A stretch of 64,000 nucleotides of DNA. Source: Camelus ferus (lineage: Eukaryota). The stretch spans positions 48,300,001 through 48,364,000 of the forward strand of contig NC_045707.1 in NCBI RefSeq assembly GCF_009834535.1, given 5' to 3'. Below the pieces are notes generated by a model, which made no database searches, had not been told where the DNA came from, and was given only the letters and a program-made list of their open reading frames with translations. Shown here piece after piece: positions 12,373 to 25,169 of the stretch. Both the position numbers and the translations under genes were made by a program. Each line of letters begins with the position of its first letter. Within the stretch, counting starts at the first letter, position 1.

Positions 12373-13812
12373 AGTTTTATATATATATAATATATATATA
12401 TGTTATATATATATTTATATATATGATATACCACATATTATTTATCCATATCATCTATCGATGGGCACTTAGGTTGCTTCCATATCTTGGCTATTGTAAA
12501 TAATGCTGCAGTGAACATAGGGGCATATATATCTTTCCAAATAAGTGCTTTTGTTTCCTTTGGAGAACTGCCCAGAAATGGAATTGCTGGATCACATGGT
12601 AGTTCTATTTTTAATTTTTTTGAGGAAACTCTATACTGTTTTCCATAGTGGCTGCACCAATTTACATTCCCACCAACAATGTAGAAGGGCTCCATTTTCT
12701 CCACACCCTCTCCAGCATTTGTTATTTGTAGACTTTTTGATAATGGCCATATTGACTGGTGTGAGGTGATACCTCATTGTGGTTTCGATTTGCATTTCTT
12801 TAATAATTAGCAATGTTGAGCATCTTTTCATGTGCCTGTTGGCCATCTGCATGTTTTTGGAAAAACGTCTATTCAGGTCCTTTGCCCATTTTTAAATCTT
12901 TTTTTGGTGTGTGTATGTTGAGTTGTATGAGTTCTTTGTGTATTCTGGATATTATCCCTTCATGAGATATTTTGTTTGCAAGTATCTTCTCCCATTTAGT
13001 AGGTGCCTTTTCATTTTGTTGATAGCTTCCTTCAACATGCAAAAGCTTTTTAGTTTGATGTAGCCCCATCTGTTTATTTTGCCTTTGTTTCCATTATCTC
13101 AGGAGACATTTCAAAAAAAAAAAGTATTGCTAGGATAAAGAGTATACTGCCTATGTTTTCTTCTAGGAATTTTATGGTTTCAGATCTTATATAAGTCTTT
13201 ATTTCATTTTGAGTGTATTTTTATATATAGTATGAAAAAGTAGTCCAGTTTGATTGTTTTGAATGGAACTGTCCAGTTTTGCCAACACCATTTATTGGAG
13301 AAGCTATCTTTCTCCAGTGTTTATTCTTGCCTCCTTTGTCAGAGATTAATTGCCCATAGCCGTGTCAGTTCATTTCGGGTTCTCTATTCTGCTCCAGTGA
13401 TACATGAGTCTGTTTTTGTGCCACACTGTTTTGATTATGGTAACTTTACAGTATAGTTTGAAATCAGAGAGCATGATACTTCAGTTTTGCTCTTTCTCAG
13501 GATTATTTTGGTTATTTTTGTGTTTTCATACAAATTTTAGAATTATTTATTCTAGTTTTGTGAAAAGTGCCATTGGCATTTTGATAGAAATTGCATTGAA
13601 TCTCCTAATCGCCTTGGGCAGTATTATCATTTTTACGATATTTATTCTTCCAATCCATCATGAGCATGTTATATCTTTCCATGTGTTTGTGTCATCTTCA
13701 GTTTCTTTCATCAGTGTCATAGTTTTCCAAGTACAGGTCTTTCACCTCCATAGTTAGATTTATTCTTAGGTATTTCATTCTTTTCAATGCAATTGTAAAT
13801 GAATTGTTTTCT
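11472..13812 (-). mobile_element. 5'-truncated L1 (~2.3 kb): ORF2 C-terminal remnant plus 3' UTR, Laurasiatherian type
   Basis: Minus-strand ORF 12631-12852 ([64 protein letters not shown]) and 12438-12704 (..[36 protein letters not shown]) are the L1 ORF2p Cys-rich C-terminus, broken by frameshifts; T-rich tail at the left end. Confidence 0.95.
12328..12430. repeat. (TA)n microsatellite, ~21 perfect units plus an imperfect TA tract, within the L1
   Basis: Read directly. Confidence 0.95.
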
Positions 13813-14019
13813 ACACTTAAGGAAGAGCAAAGGAGGGAAGGGCTCTCCTGCCTTGTAGTAGGATTGACGATTCACTGCTGTAGCAATAGTGGACAACACT
13901 ACTATAATTTTGTATATCATTCTTTCTGGTGAGCTATAAATTCAGCTGAGAGAGAACTCAGATTTAATTTTTTAGTGGCCCTTATTTTAAATGCAATTAT
14001 GTCTAGAAATTAAATACAT

Positions 14020-14160
14020 AGCAATAACTTTATTATGTGCTTACTATGTATAAAAGTTTAGCTTTTTCTAATCTTGGAACAAGGTATTTTTATCCTTAAT
14101 TTAGAGATAAGGAAACACAGGATCTGAGATGATGAGATGGCTTCTCTCTGAGGCCAAAGT
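14020..14160 (-). mobile_element. MIR fragment
   Basis: ttattatgtgcttactatgt..tatccttaatttagagataaggaaacacagg. Confidence 0.65.
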
Positions 14161-14394
14161 AACAATTTTTTTTTACTAAGCCACCCCCACAATTTGAGCT
14201 CAAATTAGATTAGATAACTGTAAACTGTAATTTCATTACAAGCTTACTTATGGGATGGACTATACAAATCTCTTATTGCAGACTTCATACAGTAGTAACA
14301 AACACAAAAAGAGACTAAACAGACAAGTAAATAAGTGTTCCATGACAGCTTCAATACTTAAACCAAAATACAACTTCAAGGTCATAATACAGTG

Positions 14395-14578
14395 TTAATA
14401 ATAAAACTATATTTATTGGTCTTTTAATCTACAAACACTATCATGTTCCACAAAGTTTTTTTCATTGAATTCTTCCTATGAGTTGGAGACTGTATCATGT
14501 ATTCTAAATATACAATTGCAATTTATCTTAATAACATTATTTTAGAGATGAGAAAACAGGCCTAGAGAGGTTAAGATG
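14395..14578 (-). mobile_element. MIR fragment
   Basis: attttagagatgagaaaacaggcctagagaggttaag, the MIR core. Confidence 0.65.
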
Positions 14579-16420
14579 GATGTGTTGTTAAGTTCCATGA
14601 TGAATGGCGAGTCTTAGCACCTTGATTGGAGTTGTAGAAACTTCTATGTAAAGAACTGTTCAAGGTACCCAGTGTAGAGGTAAGAAACAGCCCATTGGAA
14701 CATAGTAAATCTAGGCGTGAGTAAGGGGTGATTATCTTGGACTATAAGATACCTTAGACTACGGACAGAAGTCAGGACAAAATACTAATCGTGCTTCTAG
14801 AAAGAAGGTTCAGAAATCAACTGCGTTGCATGTTAATACAAATCTCCCAATTCTGCCCATCAAGGTACCAGCAGAGGACCTAGACTGTCTAGGTAATGTA
14901 TCTTTATATATTTCTTCTTGCTAGGAGGTGGGGGGCAAAAGCGCTCTCAGGCTCTGAAATGACTCTTGTGTCCCTGCTCATCATAAGCAACTGGCAAACT
15001 GAGATGAAAAATGAGACTGAAAAATTAAACAGCACTGTGTTAGTTCTAAGTACAATAAGCTATTGATAACAGAGATCCTGAGTCATCAAGAATACACTTA
15101 AGGAAACAGAGATGTGTGCAGCATATGATAGAAAGCTTTTCATTTAAAATGGTTAAACTGAGAGTCTAGGCACTTGATCTGGCAAGTTTTATGAACCCTA
15201 CTGGAGCATGCACTTTATGTGGAATTCTCATTTCCTGACAGCCTTGGAAAGATCAGGCCGAGCTGTGATAATGTTCATTTCTGTGCATTATAATGAAGCT
15301 GCCATGGTAACTCTAGAAATCACTTTAAAAATGTGCAATTTTAAAAGTTCATTTCTCAGGAAGAAAAAAGATTAGCACAGCTGTAACACACATAATAATC
15401 TAATGAAACTTGAAAGGAACATTTGGGCAAAAAAAATAGAGAGAGAGACTGCTTAGATTTCACAATTGCACTGTCGTCCTGAGAATAACGTGGTCCACTC
15501 ATGACTTCCCTAATCAATGAAACAAGGGGGACATTAGGTCAGAAACTTAATTAAATTTTGGTGCATATAACCCAACAGGAGAGCTCATTCAGCTCCTACA
15601 TGAGCTCAGGATGCTTCCTAAGTAAATCTCAGAAGTGCATGCATAGAAAATTTTATGTACTTGTCATTTTCATAATTTAAGGAGCCTAGGTATAATAAAT
15701 GTTCCTAGCATTAGTTATTTAGGAAAGGTTGACTGTACCTTTTATGACAGGTCACAGAAATTCAGACTCAGAAGGAAACAAATGTGACATGTGGGAATTG
15801 GGTCCATTTCCAAAGTGAAATGGCTATCCTCAGCTCCACCCATCCCCAGCTTTTTGAGAGGAAAAAAGGCATAAATCAACACCCAAGGTCTGTTTTTCCA
15901 TAACCATATTATGGAAAACATTTATCTTTTTTTCTAAGGGAGATTGTAACTTCTTAAAAGTTCATTGCATTTTGGAGACTGAATCAGTGCGACTGACCTA
16001 AGATATGATGTGCTCAGGAGGTCCTGTTATCTCTGGGACCTCGTAAGCACCAGAAGCATGCATTCCTGGAGGCATGATGTGATGATTTCTTGCAGTGGCA
16101 TGTTTAATTGGAATGTCTTTTCCAGCGTTTTTCTTGAAGGCTTACAATTTAGGATCGGGGCCCTGGCTGAAAATTCAAGTAAGTCAAATTTAATAAATCT
16201 TTATTAGCAGAAGCCTTTTATGTCCATCTACTAATAGAAGAAGCATCCTATGTATATGCCACATTCACCATTGCTCAGAAAACTGTTTACAAAGTTTAAG
16301 TAGTTATTAGCCTCACAATTGCCTTTTAAAGAAACTAAGTTACATTGTCCAGGAGTCACAGAATTCCATTTCCCCACTTTAAAGAGAAGGACAGTGAAAC
16401 TGTTTGATTGATACCCCCAA

Positions 16421-16425
<5 letters not shown>

Positions 16426-16462
<37 letters not shown>

Positions 16463-16470
16463 CACACACA
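16426..16470. repeat. (CA)n microsatellite, ~17 perfect units
   Basis: Read directly. Confidence 0.97.
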
Positions 16471-17934
16471 ATTCTTACCACAGTCAGGTGAATTGGTTGG
16501 TTGACATCTTATGAAGAAAACAATAGAAATATATTGAGTTATTTGTTTTGACTTCATGTCAAACCAGCCTTGCTATCAAAACCTTATTTTGGCTCTCTCA
16601 ACAATTTCTAGACATGCTGGTGGCAGTGGAATCAGATAGAATGGGCATGTTTCCTTGAATCTGATTATATTATACACAGTGGAAAAGTACAAAATCAAAT
16701 TAGGCCAGTCAGCCTGCTTGGTAGACTTATAATATTTGGTTGCCAAAGGACCAAGAAATGCTAGCTCAGCCTTCTGCTCTGGGAACACTGACAGGGCTCA
16801 TTCTACCTCACACATTTAACTTGAATCTTTTATAAGCATCATGGCCGGTTTTTTTGGGTGCTTCATGACTCTCACAACTTGAACATTTAGTAGCTAGAAA
16901 GTTCTATTCAGCAGGTGGGAGCAAAGAATGGTGAATTCAGAGTCACTGCCAGTTCTGTGCCCCATTTTACCCATAAGCTGATAGTGGTTGGAGAAACTCC
17001 ACTCTAAGCCTTTATAATTAACATCAGCTACCTTGTCCTAGAATGCGTTTTAAGCATCTGGCCATAGAGATGAAAAAGACAGACTTCCTACTCTGAGAAG
17101 CTCACTCAAAAGTGAACCAACCACTGTTGAAGTGGGAAGAAAGGACATTCATCCATCCCCAGGTGCCTCACTTCCCCTTTCCACCTGGAGCTTTTCCGAA
17201 GTCTTCTCCTATTTACCTTCGAGCAAGCCATTGCCTTCTCAATTTTATCAGGACATCTTGTAACTTATTTTATCCACTAAACAAAAGAGAAATGAAAAAT
17301 ACTGGATTTCCTCACCTTTTGTCCCCTCTACCTCAAAATTTATATCTCAGAGTAACTGTACTCAGTTCCTTTCCTTTGATGCTATCTTTATCCCTTACAA
17401 GGCTATTACTCATTTTCTAAATATCCTCCTTCATGCTTATGCTCTCAATTCCTCATAATCCACGGACACAGCTGGCTCTTTCATACCCCAGTGCCTCTCT
17501 GAACTCTTCCATTCAGCCTAAAACATTCTCCCACATCTGCCCTGCAGGAACACTGTTACTCAACTCTTACACCCCATCTTCTGCTCCTTCCTACACTCTG
17601 TCCCCTTTCTTATCTTTTCTTTCTTACATCTTTGATTTCTCCTCTTTTCCACTGTATTTATTTCTTTAGCTTTCAAATTGGTGTAAGTCATCCTAAAGAA
17701 AACGTGAAAAAAACAAAAACAAAAACAATGCTTTTCTTAAATGTAACTCATCAAATTATTACCATCTTCTCTTTCCTCTGGATCCTGAAAGATATATGCT
17801 CATTAGCTCCACTTTCTTTAAAAACATATGACTTGAAACTTTTTTATTATAAAATGAATATAGAAAACTTGGAAAAATGCTTAAGAGTTATAAGAAGAGA
17901 AATAAACAGCACTTGGAAAAATGCTAAGATGATG

Positions 17935-18190
17935 GAAGGCAGTATATTGTTGGCTTAAGTGAGCAGCCTCCAGAGATAGACTCAAGGTTTGAGTACTGGC
18001 TCAGTCACACATCAGGTGTGTGACGTTGGCCCAGTAACCTCCCCTCTCGGTGCCTTCATTTCCCCTTGTGCAAAATACATAACAGCAGCCCCTCAGGGAA
18101 TTGCTGTGAAAATTAAACAAGTTAATGTAAGTACATCTAAAACCCTTATAATATCTGGCACTAGAAAATAAAGCAGTAAGTAGTATTTTT
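17935..18190 (+). mobile_element. Near full-length MIR
   Basis: ggtttgagtactggctc..tgtgtgacgttggcccagtaacctcccctctc..tgtgaaaattaaacaagttaatgta..tctggcac. Confidence 0.85.
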
Positions 18191-18399
18191 ATAGGTGATA
18201 TGTATGTTTCCAATCTTTGCTTTGTACATATACTTCAATACATTTTTATTTGGGATCTTGCAATCCAAATTGTTTAACAGCTTGATTTCCCACTTAACCG
18301 TATTGCATGTCTCCACTCCCTGAGTCTTTCTTTACTCTTCACCTGACAGCAACGTGGTGGGGGCACCGGTGCTGCCATTCAGCCACGCGGTCAGAGATC

Positions 18400-19960
18400 A
18401 ACCACGCTCTCCAGCAACAGGTGAAAGGATCATCTCCAATTCTTATCCCTCCTGAAGTTTTAATACTATTGACCTCCCCTTACTGAAACTCCTTCCTTAA
18501 CTTCATCGACACTGTTCTCTCATTGTTGCTTTCCACGTGCCTTGGTCTCCTGTGAGCTGTCTGCCTTCTGCTGTTTGTTAAGACTGCTAAACACTGTCCG
18601 TTCTTTTCCAGAGCACCCAGTGCCTCTTTCCTGCCTCATGCTCAGCTTCTCCACTGTGTATACCACCTGCCCATCAAACTTAAGATTTTCAAAACTAACC
18701 TTATTTAAAAAAAAAAAAGATCTTAATTTCATTGTTCACCCAATCACGGTTAATGGCCTTACCACCCACCCAGCCATCTAAGTCACTTTAAAACCTTTTC
18801 TTTCCCCTTGAGAATATTCTCACTCAAAGCACTTTACATTGCATGGAACACAACATCTCTAAGTCCTCCACACCTCAGAACCCATCTCTCACATCTGTTC
18901 TTATACATCAATTTCTATCTCAGCCACTGGTACTGAAATCCACCTGGTTTCCCCAGCCAGAAACACTGGTGTTGTCCTCACTTTCTAACCTCACTTCCTC
19001 CTCCACTTCCTCCAAACATGACTTCCTGTTGCTGTGGCCTCCTTCCTATCTACCCCTAACTCCTCTGCTCTGCTTTATGTGAGATCCTCATGCTCCTCTG
19101 CCCATGTTATTGCAATGGCCTCTTGTGGCAGGGTGAATAGTGGTTCACAAAAGCGCATTGCATGTACACCTGGAACCTCAGAATTTGCCTTTATTTGGAA
19201 ATAGCATCTTTGCAAATGTGCTTAAAGAAAGAATCAAGATAAGGTCATTCTGGATTAGGATGTGAGTGTCCCTGTAAGAGACAGAAAAAGAGACACAGAG
19301 ACACAAACAGGGAAGAAGGCCATGTGAAGACGGAGCCAGAGATCAGAATGATGCCACAAGCCAGTGAGTGCCAGGAGCCAGCAAAAGCTGGACGAGGCAA
19401 GGAAGACTCTCCTCTAGACACTCTTGATACCTAGATTAAATTCCTTAAGCCACAAAGTTGGGGGTAACTTGTTATGGCAGCTCTAGGAAACTAACACAAC
19501 TCCCAATGAGTTTTCCCAATAAATCCATCCTCTGTGCTTCCACCAGAACTATCAGACCACACGATATCTCTGATTAATGTCTTTCAATAAAATACATAAA
19601 GCTCTTCTCAACCTGGCTTCTCTTCCTTTTCTTATTCTCCTCCTGCACTTCTTATACTCCTGACCACCTGTCACCCCTGAGCACATGTTTTGTTCACACC
19701 TAAGTGTTTCAGAATTCTGCCTCTCTGCTTGGAATTTTCTTACCAGCCTTTCTTCCTCATGCTATTAGTCATCTATCACAGCCCAGCCTGGGAATACCCT
19801 CCTCTGTGTGGTCCCTCTTGACTCTTCTCTGTCAAGTTCATGTTTTGCATTTTCTTCTATTATTATTTTTATCACACTCTGTAATTGTTTGTTTATATTT
19901 TCTTACTCATCTTTATAGCCCAACACATAGTAGGTACTCAATATATATTTATTGAATGAA
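18400..19960 (+). mobile_element. Fragmented L2 LINE, interrupted by the MLT1 LTR at 19124-19498
   Basis: Pyrimidine-rich L2 body ending in cccaacacatagtaggtactcaatatatatttattgaatgaa, the L2 3' terminus. Confidence 0.7.
19124..19498 (+). mobile_element. MLT1C/D-like solo LTR (MaLR)
   Basis: tgtggcagggtgaatagtgg..ttatttggaaatagcatctttgcaaatgt..gaaggccatgtgaagacggag..ttgttatggcagctctaggaaactaacaca; TG...CA termini. Confidence 0.9.
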
Positions 19961-20049
19961 AGAATTCCTTCCTTATAAATTACACATAATTAAATGTATA
20001 TCAGTTTTAATTAAAAAATCATTTTTTGAGTCTTTCCTCCCAATTTGCT

Positions 20050-20680
20050 CCCCAGTCTTGCTCTCCTGGTTCAAGAGTTCAACTCTCTCTCTTAAATGGG
20101 TTTCCTGCCTCCACAGCTCTGGTTTCTACTTTGTTTCTTCTTCTTCCATTACGAGGATCTTTCTGAAAGCCATCTGGGATCCTGTCATTTATTTGCTAAG
20201 CTGGAAACTTCAACAATTTCCCATGATGTCAAGGATAAAGCCCAAACTTTATTCCATGATGTGTACAGTTGTTCTACTCTCTCCATCATAAATACTGGGC
20301 TTCAATTTCACTGGATGTCCTACAAATCTTTAAGCCCTTCTCTAGGTTTGTGTCTTCAGATCTTTGTTCTTCAGCTTTCTCCCCCCGTAGAGTCATCTTC
20401 CTCCTCAAGGAAGCTCAAGTGTCTCCTCTTTGAGATTCTTCTCAGGCCCTGAGGTGGGCATGAGAGAGTTCATTACTCTTTCTCCCATCTTCTTGCAGAA
20501 CTCTGTCCCAACTTCTTCATTAACACTCAGTACAGTGTAGCACAGTTGGTATACAATACCTATCTGTCTCTCTCTCTCTGAGCTGTTCCACACAAATGGT
20601 GAGAATTTCTAAATTTGGGACCTTCTTTGTAGTCCCGATATCCAGCAAAGAATAGGTGCTCAGTAAGTATTATTTCAGAG
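20050..20680 (+). mobile_element. L2 3' fragment
   Basis: caggataaagcccaaact-like segment and terminal aataggtgctcagtaagtatt. Confidence 0.6.
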
Positions 20681-20708
20681 CTGGCTAATTCTTCTTCCCC
20701 ATAAGGAT

Positions 20709-20815
20709 TTCACTAGTTTGTTTTCAAGCATAATATATAAATATAAAAACACACAGAAGTGTTCACTCATTTATTTTCAAGCATAATATATAAATATAAA
20801 AACACACTGAAGTGT
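20709..20815. repeat. Two-copy 53-bp tandem duplication
   Basis: ttcactagtttgttttcaagcataatatataaatataaaaacacacagaagtg then ttcactcatttattttcaagcataatatataaatataaaaacacactgaagtg; 4 mismatches. Confidence 0.95.
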
Positions 20816-20820
20816 ACAAT

Positions 20821-21201
20821 TGGAATGGTTAATTTTATGTGTCAACTTGGCTAGGCCACAGTACCCAACTGGATGTCTCTGAAGCTGTTTAAAGATGAGA
20901 GTAACATTTATATCAGTAGCCTCTGAATAAAGAAGATTATTCTTCATAATATGGGTGGGCCTCATCCAATCAGTGGAAGATCTTAATAGGAAAAAGATTG
21001 ACTTTGTCTGAGGAAGAGGAAATTCTTCCAGAAGACAGCCTTTGGACAAAACTGCAACTCTTCCCTAGATCCCCAGCCTGGGGACCTACTCTGAAGATTT
21101 TGGACAAGGCAGCCTCTACAATCCCATGAGCCAGTTCCTAAAATAAATCTCTTTGTGCACATCTAATGGTTCTATTTTTCTGGAGAATCCTGATGAATAC
21201 A
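20821..21201 (+). mobile_element. MLT2C/D-like solo LTR (ERVL)
   Basis: tggaatggttaattttatgtgtcaacttggctaggccacagtaccca..ggcctcatccaatcagt..aataaatctct..ctggagaatcctgatgaataca; degenerate TSD acaat/acagt. Confidence 0.9.
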
Positions 21202-21344
21202 ACAGTTGACACATACTTCTATCACCTGAAACATTTCATTAGTTCTCTCTCCACACAAAAGTTTCCAAAACACAATGACACAAAAATAGTTAAAAACTCC
21301 ATGAGCTTAGATTTGGAAATGTTTGTGAAAGTGTGTTTGTGACC

Positions 21345-21553
21345 TAGTAGCCCTGAGCCTGAGTTTGAATCCTGGCTCTAGCAGCTGGGTGATCGTGGTC
21401 AAGTTACTTAGCCTTTTGGTTTTCTGTGACTTCATTTTCAAATGAGATTAATTTACCTAGCTGTTGTGAAGATCACATGATTTATAACAAAAACATAGGA
21501 AGTGCTTAAAACAGTGCCCAGCACATAGTAAGTGCTCCATGAATGTTAGCTGT
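21345..21553 (+). mobile_element. MIR
   Basis: cctgagtttgaatcctggctct..caagttactta..gtgcttaaaacagtgcccagcacatagtaagtgctc..atgttagct. Confidence 0.9.
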
Positions 21554-24500
21554 CATGTTTACAATGTCTGCTCTGATTGCCTAATTGCTTCAGTTTACTC
21601 ACTTCCCCTTGTTAATTTACCACTGAGAAGAACTGGAATTATGTTTTTCTGAAATTCCTAGTCTAGATATCAATACACAATAATGTATTCATTATTATAA
21701 AATTCAACTATTGAATTTTTTGAGTGGCTTATGTTTTTTGATATAATGATATTATATATGTATTCCTATGGTGATATTTTTTGGTTGCTTATTGCTTAAA
21801 CGAGCCTGTCTTCTTTGATTCTAGGATATAGGAAATGTGAAAAGTTCAAGTATATTGGTAAAATGAAAGATATTTTTATTTACTAAAGCTATAATCAAGA
21901 CAGAAGGCATTAATTAAGCAATTACTTAAGGGAATAAAAATGTTGTTTTTGAGTTTGCCAACTATTCTTCCCTGCAGAGGGGTTGCTAGAGTTGTCTTGA
22001 ACTATAACATATGTAAATACATATGTAATTAGAGCCAACTCTAGGTTTTCCTTACTTATGAAAGAAAACAGTGGTTCAAAAAAAAAAATCTCAAATTTGG
22101 TTTGGCGTGGAATTGGACCACATGGTTTAGGGGGAATACTTGATTCATTTTGGAATATGTATGTATGTTTTAAAACTTAATCTAAAACAAGACAAAAATC
22201 AATCTTTATTTCTTAGCACAGTCCTGCTTATTATTTAAAGAATTTGTTTCAGAATTGTGTTAATAAGATAGGAGTCAATCAAGAAAAAAGAAATGTGTGT
22301 GTGTGTGTTTTCACATACCAATTCCAAAAGACATTGCTTTTTCCTCATTACTTTCTGTTTTCCACTGATGGTATTGAATTCCTCTTGCCCATACTTGATA
22401 AAGCATCATGTCCCTAAGGCATATACTAAATGTTGAAAGAAAACATTCTTTTTTCCCCCCTCTTTGAGTATGTGAAAGATTGATGATGAAGACACTTTCC
22501 ATCTTCTCTCATGCAGTTCTCTCTTTAGATCATTACTAGTAATTTGGCAATCAAGTGCACTTGAAAGATGTAGATGAAATAATCCTCATTCTTTCTATCA
22601 GTGGCAAAAGAATTTCTGATTTACAAGTGGATTGAGAAACATACACACATTTCACTGAAATATGTTAATAACTATATAAAAGTATATACACATAAATGAT
22701 AAACTGAGCATAAAGCAATATAAACTAAAAGGACCCATATTCTTTAAGTCATTTAAGTCACTTCCCATCTTCCAATCAGGCTTCATTAAATCAATACAGA
22801 TTGATGAGTGTTTATCTCTTTCTTGTAAATTTTCAGGAAGAAAAGTGCCTCATTTAAGAGGTAATTATTACCTATATGTGTATATATATGCATATATATA
22901 TCATATGCTATTTTTAAAAATTCAGATTAAGTTTTAACTTGTTTTGACTTTGCATTAAATATTTGCTTCTTTTTGACTTCTGACAGGACAACCTCACTAT
23001 AGCCTTGAGAAATCAGAATTGTTCCCCCATTTTGTAGAGAAAAAAAAATGAGACACAGACTTGCCTTAATTCCAGAGCATTAATTTTTAAAAAAGGTTTT
23101 GCTTTTTTTTAAAATTTAATACTAGGGTTCTTTGTCAATCCAAGTTTTTTTTTTTTTTTTAAGTCTAAATCATTTCTCACAAAATTATTACGAATGGAGG
23201 GAAATCCTCAGGTGGCATAATTTTTTCTCTCTCACACCTTACCTTTTCCACCAAAATTTTTCTTTCATGTTTTAATAAGACTTGCTTAGAGTCACACTCC
23301 ATTGATACGACATGGTAAACACAGGTTAAGCCAGGCCTCATTGACAGTATTTCCGTATGTAAAAATCAGTTTTTTATTTGAAATCTTTGCGCTTGGGTAT
23401 TTCTTAGGCTTGCAGACTAATGTTGATGCATCTGGTGAATTTTCTCAGCTTCCAAAGGAAGCTTAAGGAACAAACCAGAAACCCTTTGAAAGAGGAGCCC
23501 GCTAGATACTGCGGTAGTTGTTTCACATCCGTGGTCAGCTTAGTTTGGCTGCCTTCCAGAGCCTGGAATGAGAAACGTTCCCTGGTGGTTTCGTCAAGCC
23601 CTTCTTATAAATGACCTTTGTCGTTATCTTTAACTAAACTCTTTATCCTTCATATTCCTGCTTTTTTACCCCCACGCTGACTCCACTCCAACTTTTCTTT
23701 TTTCTTTCAACCTAACATTAACATTTAGGGGGCTGAAGTGGCATAATTTTATCAAAGCCTTTTTCCTTTGACTGATAAGCAGAACCTTACTTCTATGTCT
23801 CTGAATGCCTAATTTCCAATCAGGCCTTTCCTCTCATCTCTCTTAGGCTCCAGTTCCTCCTTCAGTGCAAAAGTTTCCCTTAATGCGTTCAACAGATGCT
23901 TCTTCCCAATGCCATCTTTTCAGAGCACTGAGAAGTACTCTATTGTGGAGCCTGGCGGATACGCTTGAATATACAAACACAGCAATACTTCTTTTCTTTA
24001 TTGACTTGCACTGAAATCTGTGCCTCTACTAAATAAAACATTTTGCCATCCCAGTATCAGGCCGCCCATGTGCTGAGACATTTGTGTCTCCTTTAAATGC
24101 ATCAAAACTTCCCAGGTTTGCCTCCAACAATATTTTAACAGATAACACACTGCCAAAACCCGATCAAACGCTTTCCAAATCTTCTCGACAGCATTATTGA
24201 TGGCAGATGGTTAGCCTCCACATTTCACCAAACCGTGGGACAGTATTAGAAATAACACTGCCTCTATATGATTATGTAGGAGGATAGCATATGTAATTCC
24301 TATTCAACTCTTGACCCTTGCAAGAACATAAACATTTAGAAGAGTTCCAGAATACTAGAAGAGCTATAATTGCACATGATTTTATGTGAACTGTTTACTT
24401 ACTGATCCTCTTAGCTGAAGGGGAATTACTTATTAGCTTTTCTTTTCATAGGAATCATAAGTGTCATTCCACTATATTTATAATGCTCATTCTCAGAGGT

Positions 24501-24720
24501 TACCAAAGAAAGGAATTTTTCATAAGTGAAAATGCTCTGAAAATAGATGTACTCAGGACTTGAAAATGCAATTTATTAGAAGTCTGTTTTTGTTTCCAGT
24601 AAGGAATTTTTAAACCAGAAATAAAATGATATATTTTTTCTAGTTACTGTTTGGTACTCTGTGCATATTAATTCTTGATCTGTAAGCATCAAAAAAGCCA
24701 TTAATAGTGCATAAACTGTG

Positions 24721-24884
24721 ATAAACAACAAGGCCTCACTGTATAGCACAGGGAATTATATTCAATATCTTATAGTAGTAACCCATAATGAAAAAGAATA
24801 CATATATATGCATAACTGAATCACTATGCTGTACACCAGAACCTAACACAACATTGTAAATCAAATACACTTCAATTAAAAAAT
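24721..24884 (+). mobile_element. Very short 5'-truncated L1 3' end, cetartiodactyl type
   Basis: aaacaacaagg..ctgtatagcacagggaattatattcaatatctt..aactgaatcactatgctgtacaccaga..acattgtaaatcaa..cttcaattaaaaaa; degenerate TSD tgcataaactgtg (24708-24720) / tgcatgaaatgtg (24885-24897). Confidence 0.9.
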
Positions 24885-25034
24885 TGCATGAAATGTGTTA
24901 CTAACATAGCTGCTTATGTAAAAATTTTAAAATTTGTAGGAAAGTTATAATTTAAATAAGTCTCTTGGGCACCAAAATGTGCCATCATGATATGTAGCTT
25001 ACCATGGATGCGTGAAATGGTTGTCATGTTCCCT

Positions 25035-25168
25035 AACCTGGCTTTAGCTCTAATAGTTATACTTATTAGCTTTATAAAAGTGGAAGTTTCTTAAAAATCT
25101 AGTGCAATTTCCTCATCTTTAAAATGGGGATGGGAGAATGCTCATTTACATTGTGGATTTAGAATAAA
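25035..25168 (+). mobile_element. MIR fragment
   Basis: caatttcctcatctttaaaatggggat core. Confidence 0.65.
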
Positions 25169-25169
25169 G

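Noticed and set aside
12438..13920. Cluster of ORFs as a host gene
   Set aside because: These are frameshifted L1 ORF2 remnants and their antisense frames
16075..16175. Possible C/D-box snoRNA (GTGATGA ... CTGA)
   Set aside because: No terminal stem, no convincing C'/D' boxes and no recognisable rRNA guide
18345..18410. CpG-rich patch as a CpG island or promoter
   Set aside because: Only ~65 bp, far below island length, and adjacent to L2 sequence
20709..20815. CRISPR-like repeat
   Set aside because: Two adjacent copies with no unique spacers, in mammalian DNA with no cas genes
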